Part shown: positions 17,292 to 26,617 of the stretch, piece by piece
Position numbering within the stretch: position 1 is the stretch's first letter
Layout: every line of letters starts with the position of its first letter
Virus record (IMG/VR): IMGVR_UViG_3300006217_001617
DNA: 64,000 bases
Reading direction: 5' to 3' (one strand)
Origin: an uncultured virus (IMG/VR IMGVR_UViG_3300006217_001617)
Lineage: Duplodnaviria > Heunggongvirae > Uroviricota > Caudoviricetes
Program-made: the position numbers and the translations under genes
Notes under the pieces: generated by a model
Database searches by the model: none
What the model saw: the letters and a program-made list of their open reading frames with translations, nothing else
What the model was told of the DNA's origin: nothing

Positions 17292-20200
17292 AAGCGCAGC
17301 CCCCTTCCGCGCATCTCGCGCACTTGAATCGCGTACAGCTCCCGCGCAATCCGGTTAATGTCGGCCTCCTCGCGGATAACCGCACCGCTGAAATCGAAAT
17401 TGTTGGTAATGGACGGCATACTCTGCACCTCCCGTGCAGCGGCTTCCAGCGTCACGGCTTGGGATGCTTGGGCAAAGAATCGCTTTTCCGCTTGGCTGAC
17501 CGCCGGGATTGCGTCCTCGAAAGAAACAACGGCCGTTTTCGCTGTCCGCTCCATTTGCCGTTTCAGCGTTTCCTCGTGTTTTTCAACACCGTCCTCAAAG
17601 CCCTCCATCGTGCCGCTGCCGATATCTTCAAAGACTTTGGATGGGGAATTTTGTTTAAGTGACTTTTTTGTAGCCTGCGTCATAGAACCGGTAATACGTT
17701 TTGCCGCAGACTGCACCGCGCCCTCTTTGCTTTCCATGCCCTTTATGAGGCCTTCCATAGCATTTACACCGATTTGCCGCATTTCATCCGAAATATCAAT
17801 CTGAGATATCGTTTCCGAAACGGATTTTGAAAGCACCCGCATCCTTTGAGAATAATTTGTTTCCAGCTCTGCGGCTGAATGTGCGGTTGCATCCTGTTCG
17901 GCCTGCAAACCCTTATAAAGCGACACCATTTCGCCAAGTTCAGAATCAGTCATCCATCTCAGGGATGCGAGGTTCTGCCCGCCTTCCTTATCGAGCGTAT
18001 TCGTTGCGGCAACAAGTTCTTTGATGCCATCAACATTTCGGTTCATCAGATTTGTGAGGTTGGCGTTGTAGTTCTTCCAAAATGTTTGCTGGCTTTGCAG
18101 CGCCTCCTTCATCTCTTCCGTAGATTTTAAAACAGTGTCTCCAAGGTTTTCCCATAGCCCAAATTGAGACTGTATGCTTTCGCGCGCAGCATCTGCGGCT
18201 TGTTCATATTCCTTGTTTAATTCCTGTATTTGACCTACGACGCCGTTTATATACCCTTCAAAATCCGCTACTGACTGACCGCTCTTTTGAAAAGTTCCGT
18301 TAAGCTGATCGACTGCATCCTGTATCTTGTCAATTTCCTTTTGGAAACCCTCAACTTTTTTCTCTGAGTCCTTTACAGCATCGGCAAACTGCTCTGACTT
18401 ATCCCGCGCAGTTGTATACGCGTCATTCAGGTCCATCATACGCCCCTGGAGCGCCGCAATCTTTGTCTGTTTTTCATCGACCGTGAGCGTACTGTCCTGC
18501 TCGACCTTATTCAGTTCTGCGGACGTTGCTTCTATCTGAGCCATAATAGCCTCAGTGTCAGCCAAAGCGATTTTGTAGTTAACCTGATTTTCCGCAAGCT
18601 CAATCAGCGCCTGCGCCTGCTCGTCCAGGATGGCCTTATATTTCTCCTGCATTGCCTCGGCAAGCGCCTGTTCCTGCAAAGCCTGGATTTGTGCCCGGAT
18701 AGCGTCGGTGCCGTCCTTCAGCTTTCCGGTATGCTCATCAATCTCAAGGTTAAGCTCTGGCATAAGCGCTTTGAGCTGGTCAACCGTCTGGGCATAGGCC
18801 GCTGTGTCGGCTGCGGTCATAACCTCCTGTTGGCCGAGTACGTCGAGCCGGTCAACAAGGGATTCCGCCGCCGTGGCCGTCGCAACGATTTCCTCGCGGC
18901 TCTGCTCGTAGTTCGCGTTGATTTCATCCATCGCGCCGGACATGCCGTCCGCTGCCGTCGTAGCGTCCGCAAGGTACGCGATCAAGGACGCAAGCGCAGT
19001 CCCCACACCAACGATAGCGACAACCGCCGCCGCGTATGGGTTCATGGCCAGCGCGGCGTTAAGTCCACCGAGCGCGGTTTTTACTGCATTTATGGCGGTG
19101 GTAATATTAAGCGCAACCGCCAGCGTGCCAAACGCGGACACTAGGCCAAGAATTGCCGCCGTTATCCATGGGCAAGTCTTAAGAATTTCACTGAACGCAT
19201 TTGTCGCCGTCGTAGCGCCAGAGGCAATTGCCTCAAACAGCGGGGACAGCTGTCCACCAATGGTCATTTTCAAACCGTCAATAGCCGAATTGAGCAGCGT
19301 GACCTGTCCCTCAAAATTATCCAGCCGGATTTGCGCCATGCGCTCCGCTTCGCCGTTACAATTGTTGATTGCCTGCGTCAGCTTGTTAAAATCGGCATCG
19401 GACGCATTGACAACGGCCAACAGGCCGGACATCGCTTCTTTTCCGGCGATGCCTGCCGCGTATTCCGCCTTCTGCGCCTCTGTCAGGCCGCTGAATTTCT
19501 CGCGCAGTTCGCCGATCAGTTGTGACAGGGGCTTCATTTGCCCGGCGCTGTCGGTCAGGGAAACGCCAAGCTCTTCCATGTACGTTGCCACTTGTCGGCT
19601 AGGCTTCGCAAGGTTGGTCAGCGTACCGCGCAGGGTGGTACCTGCCGAGCTGCCCTTGATTCCCGCATTTGCCATCAGGCCAAGCGCGACGGACACGTCC
19701 TCCAGCGAGTAGCCAAGCGCACCGGCCACCGGCGCGACGTAGCTAAAGGATTCGCCGAGCATGGATACATTTGTATTGCTGTTAGCGCTTGCCGACGCGA
19801 GCACATCCGCAAAGTGTCCAGATTCACTTGCCGCTAGCCCGAACGCCGTCAGGCCGTCGGTCACAATATCGGACACCAGCGCAAGGTCCTCACCGGAAGC
19901 GGCGGCAAGGTTCATGATACCTTCCAAGCCGTCCAGCATATCGCCGGTTTTCCAGCCTGCCATAGCCATGTATTCAAGCGCCTGACCGGCTTCCTTCGCG
20001 GTAAATGAGGTGGTTTGCCCCATCTCCTGCGCCTTTTGGGTAAGGGCTTCCATCTCCGCGCCGGTCGCGCCGGAAATCGCCTGTACAGCGGACATTTGGC
20101 TTTCAAACTCACCGTAGGTCTTTACGCAGTCGTAAATAGCCTCGGCCATTTCCTTCGCCTTGTCGGCGATACCGGCGGCAACCATCGCCTGGGCAAGCGC

Positions 20201-20845
20201 GTCCACAGCGCTGACGGATTCCTCCTCAAATTCCTCTGAGGCGTCCCCGGCGTCTTTCGTCGCCTTGCCATATTCGTCGATGGATTCCGCACAGCCGTCC
20301 GTGCTGTTCGCGGCCTCCTCCAGATACTGATTATTTTGCTGGATGCTGTCAGACAGGTTATTCAGCTCCACACCGGCATAGTTCAGCTGCCGCTGCCAGT
20401 TCTGCGCGCCGCGCTCGGCGGCCTCCTGGCCTGCGGTGGCCTCGGCAAGCTCGCGTTTCCACTGGGACAGCCCTTCCTCCAGCTTTTTCTGCTCTTCGGT
20501 CGTATCACCGGCAGTGTTTTTCAGCCGTTCCAGCGATGTCTCATACGCATAAATATTGTCCTCTGCTTCCGCAACACGCCGAGCATATTCCTGCTGGGCT
20601 TTCTCGCAGTTCTCAAGGGCTTTTTTGATCTGCTCCATCTTGCTGGCCTGCTGATCATACATCCCCTGCAAAGCCTGCCCTTTAGCCCGAAGGGCCTCCA
20701 TGCTGTTTGCCTGCCCCCGGAATTCACTTTCGGTGAGGGCAAGCTGTGATTTCAGCGTGGACAGCTGCTGATTACATGCCGTGATGGCCTGTTTATACTG
20801 GGCTTCGCCCTCAACGGCAAGCCTGGTTGATATTGTTCGTGCCAC
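17288..20845 (-). CDS. Tail tape measure protein (TP901-like)
   Basis: 1185-aa helical protein with FESQMSAVQAISGA...AMAGW...GIKGSSAGT core. Confidence 0.95.
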   Translation of the reverse strand: MARTISTRLAVEGEAQYKQAITACNQQLSTLKSQLALTESEFRGQANSMEALRAKGQALQGMYDQQASKMEQIKKALENCEKAQQEYARRVAEAEDNIYAYETSLERLKNTAGDTTEEQKKLEEGLSQWKRELAEATAGQEAAERGAQNWQRQLNYAGVELNNLSDSIQQNNQYLEEAANSTDGCAESIDEYGKATKDAGDASEEFEEESVSAVDALAQAMVAAGIADKAKEMAEAIYDCVKTYGEFESQMSAVQAISGATGAEMEALTQKAQEMGQTTSFTAKEAGQALEYMAMAGWKTGDMLDGLEGIMNLAAASGEDLALVSDIVTDGLTAFGLAASESGHFADVLASASANSNTNVSMLGESFSYVAPVAGALGYSLEDVSVALGLMANAGIKGSSAGTTLRGTLTNLAKPSRQVATYMEELGVSLTDSAGQMKPLSQLIGELREKFSGLTEAQKAEYAAGIAGKEAMSGLLAVVNASDADFNKLTQAINNCNGEAERMAQIRLDNFEGQVTLLNSAIDGLKMTIGGQLSPLFEAIASGATTATNAFSEILKTCPWITAAILGLVSAFGTLAVALNITTAINAVKTALGGLNAALAMNPYAAAVVAIVGVGTALASLIAYLADATTAADGMSGAMDEINANYEQSREEIVATATAAESLVDRLDVLGQQEVMTAADTAAYAQTVDQLKALMPELNLEIDEHTGKLKDGTDAIRAQIQALQEQALAEAMQEKYKAILDEQAQALIELAENQVNYKIALADTEAIMAQIEATSAELNKVEQDSTLTVDEKQTKIAALQGRMMDLNDAYTTARDKSEQFADAVKDSEKKVEGFQKEIDKIQDAVDQLNGTFQKSGQSVADFEGYINGVVGQIQELNKEYEQAADAARESIQSQFGLWENLGDTVLKSTEEMKEALQSQQTFWKNYNANLTNLMNRNVDGIKELVAATNTLDKEGGQNLASLRWMTDSELGEMVSLYKGLQAEQDATAHSAAELETNYSQRMRVLSKSVSETISQIDISDEMRQIGVNAMEGLIKGMESKEGAVQSAAKRITGSMTQATKKSLKQNSPSKVFEDIGSGTMEGFEDGVEKHEETLKRQMERTAKTAVVSFEDAIPAVSQAEKRFFAQASQAVTLEAAAREVQSMPSITNNFDFSGAVIREEADINRIARELYAIQVREMRGRGLRL

Positions 20846-20860
20846 AGCAGCGGGCCTCCT

Positions 20861-21400
20861 TTAGTCCATGTCGGTTTTCCGTTTGATTCCGTGCGCCTTC
20901 AGGTATAGGCTCCACAAATCCCCGAGCTCCCCCGGCGTGGAAAGCAAAGTTTCCTTCTTCGTGAAGCCGTTCACCGCGCCCATGCGATAGAATAGGGCGG
21001 GCGCAATATGGCTGTCCTTTTCCTCGTTCAGCTCTTGCAGCCCAAGGTCGATTTCCTCGTTTTCGTCCTCCAGCTCATGGTGCAGCCCCGCGATTACGGC
21101 GGCTGGTACTGCAATCCTCAGGACCTCAAGCTCATCCTTGGACGCATGAGCCGCTATATAAGCCGCCAGCGGTGTAGCGCTCGGCTCATGTCCCATGTAC
21201 CGCCGTACAAGCTCCGCCTGCTCCATCAGGATGGCAGCGGCGCGGCAGACAGCCGCCGCACCCTGTACACTGCCCGCGTCCTCAATCGCGGCAAGCATTT
21301 CCTCGCTGCTGCCGAACGCGTCCTGAATCCTGATCGCCGCGCCTACGGTATAGGCAAGCTCATAGGGTTTTCGCCTCACCGTTACTGTTATCGGCTTCAT
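20861..21400 (-). CDS. Tail assembly chaperone
   Basis: Position between major tail and tape measure genes. Confidence 0.7.
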   Translation of the reverse strand: MKPITVTVRRKPYELAYTVGAAIRIQDAFGSSEEMLAAIEDAGSVQGAAAVCRAAAILMEQAELVRRYMGHEPSATPLAAYIAAHASKDELEVLRIAVPAAVIAGLHHELEDENEEIDLGLQELNEEKDSHIAPALFYRMGAVNGFTKKETLLSTPGELGDLWSLYLKAHGIKRKTDMD

Positions 21401-21987
21401 GCGTTACCCTCGTCGCCGGAAGCGGCAGGAGTGACGGGAGAAAGCTTCTCCTGAAGCCACGCGACCGCCGCCGACTCGGTTTCAAATTCCTCGGTATGCC
21501 GCCAGTCGCCGTTATTGCACGCAAACACGGTAAACGTGGTTTTGTTGGTGCCGAATGTAATACTGTCCGTCTTGGTCTGGGCGGTATCATTGCCGAGCGC
21601 GGCTTTGACCGATGGATAATAGTAGGCCTTGCAAATCACCTTTTTGTTGCGCATCAGGCGTTTCAAGTAGCCAAGCCCGCCCGCAGGAGGCTCATCACCC
21701 GCATTATAGATTACCGTTTTGTCTTTGACGGTAGTGCCGTAAACCACCGCCGCGATATCGTCCGTCATATCGTCCGTTTCCATTTCAATCGACGCGGAAA
21801 CAAACTCGTCAACGGATTCCGCAAGCGCGTCGTCGGCATACAGCTTGCCGGACGCAAGCTGCACGGCCAGATCAGCTTTTACCAAACGCCCGATTCTGAC
21901 CGGAGCCGCCTCATAGGTCGGCAGCGCGCCCTTCGGTTCCTCTTTCACCTTTGAGAAAAAGGGATATTTTGCTCCAAAACTAGCCAT
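21397..21987 (-). CDS. Major tail protein (phi13-like)
   Basis: LYADDALAE and TKTDSITF motifs; position. Confidence 0.88.
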   Translation of the reverse strand: MASFGAKYPFFSKVKEEPKGALPTYEAAPVRIGRLVKADLAVQLASGKLYADDALAESVDEFVSASIEMETDDMTDDIAAVVYGTTVKDKTVIYNAGDEPPAGGLGYLKRLMRNKKVICKAYYYPSVKAALGNDTAQTKTDSITFGTNKTTFTVFACNNGDWRHTEEFETESAAVAWLQEKLSPVTPAASGDEGNA

Positions 21988-21999
21988 TTCTCAACCCTC

Positions 22000-22420
22000 C
22001 TATAGGTTTTTACTGTTTAACCAGCTGTTGTACTTCTTTTCGCCCGCTTCCGCTGCTGCGGCCTCGTTTTTGCTGTTCGCGGTGCGGATGGCAGGGCGGG
22101 CGGGCTGCCCGCGCTTGCCATACTCATTGATAAATGCAACCTCGGAATTACGGGTGCCGCGCTTGTTTTTGCCCTGCGGGGATACGGTAATCGCCCTGCC
22201 GTCCTTTCCTTTTTTGGGCTTGCCTTTTTTGATAGAGCGGGAGGTCGTGCCGGTTGCATACGCCCCGCGCCACGTCCTGGCTGTTTCCTCCCGCTGTGCG
22301 CTTACAATTACGTCCGCTTCCGCGTTCAGGATTTCATCCAGCACACTATCCGGCAGGGACGCGAGCTGTGAAAAGCTGCTCATAAGCTCTCCCAAGCCGC
22401 TGACCGTCAATTTTCCCATT
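22000..22420 (-). CDS. HK97 gp10-like neck/tail component
   Basis: AFINEYGKRGQPARP motif. Confidence 0.8.
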
Positions 22421-22751
22421 CGACCGCCCCCACCGCCGCGATATAATCGCACTCAAAAACGTAGTGCTGTCCCTGTTTGTCGGAAGCGTTGGTGCAGATC
22501 GGCCAGGTCAGCCCGGCGAAGGCAAGCGCGGACTTGATGCCCAGGCGCAGCTTCCGGGTATCCTTCCCGGCGGGCGCGTACAGGTGCACCTGCACCAGCG
22601 CCAGCTCACAAACCGGCTCGTCGTCGCCGTAGTTTGTCGGCACCGTATCATAGTTAAATGTGATATAGGTTGCCTTTTTACCCTCGTAGGCGTCGGCCTC
22701 GACCGGCGCGACCGGGCTGAGGGCGGCGGTCAGGATTTCATTCAGGCTCAT
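22407..22751 (-). CDS. Tail terminator-like protein
   Basis: YITF...QVHLY...H.VFE pattern; size and position. Confidence 0.7.
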   Translation of the reverse strand: MSLNEILTAALSPVAPVEADAYEGKKATYITFNYDTVPTNYGDDEPVCELALVQVHLYAPAGKDTRKLRLGIKSALAFAGLTWPICTNASDKQGQHYVFECDYIAAVGAVEWEN

Positions 22752-23059
22752 TCGTCCTCACCCGCTTCCGCGCAGTTCAATTCGTAGATTTCGCCGTTTT
22801 TGGTATAGGCACGGATAACCTCGTAATACCTGCCCGCAAATTCAAGCCGCGTTTCCTCGTGGTAATCTGCGGCGCGCACTTCCAGCACCAGGGAGATTTT
22901 AGTGCCGGTCTGCCGCGCGGCGTAAAATTCCGCGCGCGTGACCGATTTCTGGTTGACGAAAACCTCCCGCCGCACCGTGCGGATTATATCCTGATACCCG
23001 TGCTCATTCGGGGCCTTTTCCAGCGCAACCAGCACGGCCTTATCTTTCCAGTACATCAC
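22748..23059 (-). CDS. Head closure/head-tail adaptor
   Basis: SVTRAEFYAA...Y.VIR.Y...ELNC motif. Confidence 0.8.
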   Translation of the reverse strand: MMYWKDKAVLVALEKAPNEHGYQDIIRTVRREVFVNQKSVTRAEFYAARQTGTKISLVLEVRAADYHEETRLEFAGRYYEVIRAYTKNGEIYELNCAEAGEDE

Positions 23060-23364
23060 TGCGCCTCCCCGATAATGTAATCCGACGACAGCGCCAAGGC
23101 GATTTTGAGCCGGTTATAAGCCGCGCGGTATCTGTCCGCGTCGTCATTGCCAAGGCCAAACTCCGCCCGGAGATATACGGTCACGGCCTGCCGGATCAGC
23201 GGGTCGGACTCGTCCGCCACACACTCCGGCAACACGCCGCAAAGGGCAAGGTCACGCCGGGCGGCGGCGATCAGGGCGCGGAGCTCGTCGTCAAAGCCCT
23301 CCGTGCTGATGCGCAGCGCCTGCCGCATTGCGGCAAGGTATTCCGGGGAGATTTCACCCGTCAT
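23056..23364 (-). CDS. Head-tail connector (gp6-like)
   Basis: ALRI...DDEL..LI.AA..DL pattern; follows the capsid gene. Confidence 0.82.
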   Translation of the reverse strand: MTGEISPEYLAAMRQALRISTEGFDDELRALIAAARRDLALCGVLPECVADESDPLIRQAVTVYLRAEFGLGNDDADRYRAAYNRLKIALALSSDYIIGEAQ

Positions 23365-23380
23365 GACCGTTCACCTCCCC

Positions 23381-24730
23381 TTAGCCGCCAGCCGCCGCTT
23401 TGTTTTTGATACGGATAAAGCCGTTTTCGGTGACGACATTGCCGCCGATCATTGCCTCACCCATGACCGCAAGCATGCCCTCCGCAAATTTGTAATCGCG
23501 GGACACCTCCACCGTGTACGGCCCGAACAGGTCGAGCTGATAGGCAAGCGGCTTACCGTATGCCATGCAGTACTTGCCAGCGGCGGTCTTGCTGTCCGAC
23601 AGCGCGGGCAGCTCGTCCACGATGCAGAACCGCACCGACAAACCGCCGTCCTTAATCGTGCCGGTGGTCGTGCTGTTGGCGGAAAACTCAATCTCGTAGA
23701 CGGCCTTCTTTTCGTTCGTGCCGCGAATGTCACCGAACGCGATGAGATCGCGCTTGTTGAGCAGCAGCACGCCGCCGCCCTCGACATTGTTCGCGCCGCC
23801 ATAGTTCAGGGCGATGGTGCGCAGGGTCTTTTCGTCGATTTTGTCAATCGTGATATCGCTGGTGGACTGGATCGCCGCCGCGTTCAGGATGCCGGTGATT
23901 TCCGGCAGGGTTGCGGAAGGGTCGCCGGTGACGATCAGGCCGCCGGTCTTTTTGCGAAGCGCGGTCAGCGCGCCCTCGGTCACGCGGCTCTGGTAATTAA
24001 GCGGGGTCGTGCGCTGGATTCTCCTGGAAATATAGGAAAGCGTCGTCACCAGGACGGGCGTGATTTTCGCGACGCGGAAATCGGGGTCGTGGTCGCCGGG
24101 CGCGGTGCCGTCGTCCTTCTTCAGCTCAGACGCCTGCCAGCCGCTCACCTCATAGGCAACCGCGTCCTCCCCCATGCCGTTCGCGTCAACCACGCGCACC
24201 ATGTCCACAATGCCGGATACAATGTTCTGGCCCTCGTTGATGCCGGAAACGCGGGTCGGCTGGGCAAGGTTGCCGCTGGTCAGGGTCAGGGAACGCCGAA
24301 CGGCGTCGGTCGTAATCTCCATACGGCTCCCGGACGCGAACCGCTGCGCGCGTTCTTCTACGTCCTGCACCTGGATGCCCTGCATATCGGCAAGATACGC
24401 CGCGCGGCTGTCTGCGTGGGCGGGAAGCCCGCCGCCTGCGCTTTCGCCGTGCGCGCCGCTGCGGTCCAAAATCGGGTTGACCGGGCCGGGCGTAACACTG
24501 GGCGGTTCCTCGCCGCTGCTGCGGTCACCATGCCCGCCCTGCTGGCCGCTGCGGTTCAGGCGGTCGAGCGTGGTACTGCGGCGGGTAAGCGTCGCTTCTT
24601 CTTTGTCAAGATCGTCCAGCTCGCGCTCCAGCTTTTCGAGCTCGTCATCTGCCGCCGTTTCCACCAGTTTGCGGATTTCCGCGCGGCGGGCCTCAATTTC
24701 CCTCAAACGCTTTTCATACATAGGTGTCAT
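23381..24730 (-). CDS. HK97-fold major capsid protein with N-terminal delta domain
   Basis: Coiled-coil N-terminus; position after the prohead protease; 449 aa. Confidence 0.9.
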   Translation of the reverse strand: MTPMYEKRLREIEARRAEIRKLVETAADDELEKLERELDDLDKEEATLTRRSTTLDRLNRSGQQGGHGDRSSGEEPPSVTPGPVNPILDRSGAHGESAGGGLPAHADSRAAYLADMQGIQVQDVEERAQRFASGSRMEITTDAVRRSLTLTSGNLAQPTRVSGINEGQNIVSGIVDMVRVVDANGMGEDAVAYEVSGWQASELKKDDGTAPGDHDPDFRVAKITPVLVTTLSYISRRIQRTTPLNYQSRVTEGALTALRKKTGGLIVTGDPSATLPEITGILNAAAIQSTSDITIDKIDEKTLRTIALNYGGANNVEGGGVLLLNKRDLIAFGDIRGTNEKKAVYEIEFSANSTTTGTIKDGGLSVRFCIVDELPALSDSKTAAGKYCMAYGKPLAYQLDLFGPYTVEVSRDYKFAEGMLAVMGEAMIGGNVVTENGFIRIKNKAAAGG

Positions 24731-25341
24731 TCCTCCTTGGTCGGTGTGTGATAGGTTTTCATCCGGACTGCAAGCCGCTTCCGATGCCGGGCCTGCTCCA
24801 AAGCCCTGACCTCCTTCCCGTGCTCCGCCTCGAAAAAGGACCGCGCCGAAATTTCCGTTTCCTGATAGGCGGGAATATCCACCGCCGAAACGTCGTACAG
24901 TTTCCGGATTTTCGTAATCGTCCGGGTGTGGGTTACATTGTCGTATTTCGACTCCCGCACCGCAAACGAAAAACTCATTTTGTCAACATAGCCGCCGTCG
25001 ATTTCCTCGTAAAGGTCGCGCCCGGCGGCGGTGCCGGACAGGTCAGCCTCCATATCAAGGCCGCGCTCGGTGATTGCGAGCGACAGCGTTTTGTTCCGCA
25101 GCCGAGCGACCACTTTGCCGCCGTGATTGTAATTGAAAATCACATCGGACATGTCGCAGCCGTCAAAGGCGTGCCGGTCAATGACTTCATAATATTTCAC
25201 GCCGTCAAACTCATACAGGCAGGTCGGCGCATTGAACACGACCGCCGTGCCGCGCACCCGGTAGGCGTCGTTTTCCCCGTCGCGGGGCAGCGGCGCGAAG
25301 TTTTGCAAGGCGCGGTACTCGCGCTCCTGCTTAATCGGCAT
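24727..25341 (-). CDS. HK97-family prohead protease
   Basis: NYNH, MSFSF and DVSAVDIPAY motifs. Confidence 0.92.
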   Translation of the reverse strand: MPIKQEREYRALQNFAPLPRDGENDAYRVRGTAVVFNAPTCLYEFDGVKYYEVIDRHAFDGCDMSDVIFNYNHGGKVVARLRNKTLSLAITERGLDMEADLSGTAAGRDLYEEIDGGYVDKMSFSFAVRESKYDNVTHTRTITKIRKLYDVSAVDIPAYQETEISARSFFEAEHGKEVRALEQARHRKRLAVRMKTYHTPTKEE

Positions 25342-26617
25342 TCTGGTTTTCCTCCTTTTTCTTGGATTCGGGCGGTTCCTTTGGCGGCTCTGTCTTTTTG
25401 CCGGAGCCGCCGACCTGATACTCGTCAATCAGCTGGGCGTTGACCATATTAAGGGTTTGAACGCGCCGCGCGCCGTCCTCCCCGCCAATCGGCGGGTATC
25501 CGAAAATCTCAAGCACCTGATCAAGCGTCAGCGCGCCGATATCGGTCAGGTACTTTGCCGCCGTGACGCGTTTGTCCAGCGTCTCAAATTGGATTCGGTC
25601 AAGCTCGCACAGGATTTCATTTCCGTGCGCGCGCTCCCGCTCGGTAAAAATTGCGTTCGTGAGCCCCTGCGCCAGCTGCATGTAAAAGGGAGCCAGCTCA
25701 CCGCGATAAAACGCGTCCATTTTCTCAGCGTCTGCCTTGTTCTGCACGATTTCGTCATTGACGCCGAAATAGTCATAGATTTCCCGGCGGACAAATTCCA
25801 GCTGACCGGTCGGCAGCGGCACCTGCTTTTCGTTGATGGGGATATACTCGTTTTTGGAGTCGGTGACAATCACACCCGCGCCATTTTGGTCGGCATAAAG
25901 GTTATCCCGGACAAATTCGTCCCGGCGCTCGCGCAGATCGGCGGATTTGTTCGGGACAACCATTTTCAGAATGCCCCGGACAATACCAACCAGCTTTGCA
26001 AAGCGGCTCATATTCTGGTTGAAGGAATCCGCCGTTTCCAGTGTCGGGGTCAGCGGCCTGTTGTCATCCCCGAAAATATCGTTATCCAGATAATGCCGCC
26101 GCAGGTGTACCAGATGCTCATAGGGCACCGTGTACACGCTGCCGGTTGCGAAGGTCAGGCGGGCATACATCACGCCCATATTCTCCACCAGGTCCACCCG
26201 CGCGGCGTTGATGGGGTACAGCGTGGACAGGCGGCCATCCTCCCAGACCGGCAGGATAAACGCGTTATTGTAAACCACGAACTGCGCCGCTACGCGGTAG
26301 TAAAACGCGTATGCCGTCATGTACGGGTTCGGGCGGATTTGCAGCAGGCGTTCTAAATTGCCGTGCAGTTCCTCACGCCCGCCGCCTGCCCGCCGAACGT
26401 GGCGCGGCTGCACCTTCGCGGCGTTGCGCGCCCAGGCGTCCACAGCAGAACGGACGGAAGCAATGTCCCAAGCCTGGCCGTTAAACGGCGTAAAGCTGGA
26501 ATCGTAGGAAGAAAGCAGCCGGTAGGCGGGCAGGTTTTCCCCGCTGCCGGGCGGCGGCTTGCCGAAAATGGTTTGGAACAGGCCACGGAAGGAAAAGGCC
26601 ATTTTATCACCCCACAC
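25331..26617 (-). CDS. HK97-family portal protein
   Basis: LLQIRPNPYMT...NNAF...LYP...VHLR motifs. Confidence 0.92.
   Translation of the reverse strand: MWGDKMAFSFRGLFQTIFGKPPPGSGENLPAYRLLSSYDSSFTPFNGQAWDIASVRSAVDAWARNAAKVQPRHVRRAGGGREELHGNLERLLQIRPNPYMTAYAFYYRVAAQFVVYNNAFILPVWEDGRLSTLYPINAARVDLVENMGVMYARLTFATGSVYTVPYEHLVHLRRHYLDNDIFGDDNRPLTPTLETADSFNQNMSRFAKLVGIVRGILKMVVPNKSADLRERRDEFVRDNLYADQNGAGVIVTDSKNEYIPINEKQVPLPTGQLEFVRREIYDYFGVNDEIVQNKADAEKMDAFYRGELAPFYMQLAQGLTNAIFTERERAHGNEILCELDRIQFETLDKRVTAAKYLTDIGALTLDQVLEIFGYPPIGGEDGARRVQTLNMVNAQLIDEYQVGGSGKKTEPPKEPPESKKKEENQNAD

Noticed and set aside
23147..24751. 534-aa plus-strand ORF and similar long antisense ORFs (1553-2470, 4247-5467, 25457-26356, 26559-27506, 43564-44685, 54476-55402)
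   Set aside because: They shadow well-supported minus-strand genes in GC-rich DNA and have no motifs or RBS.
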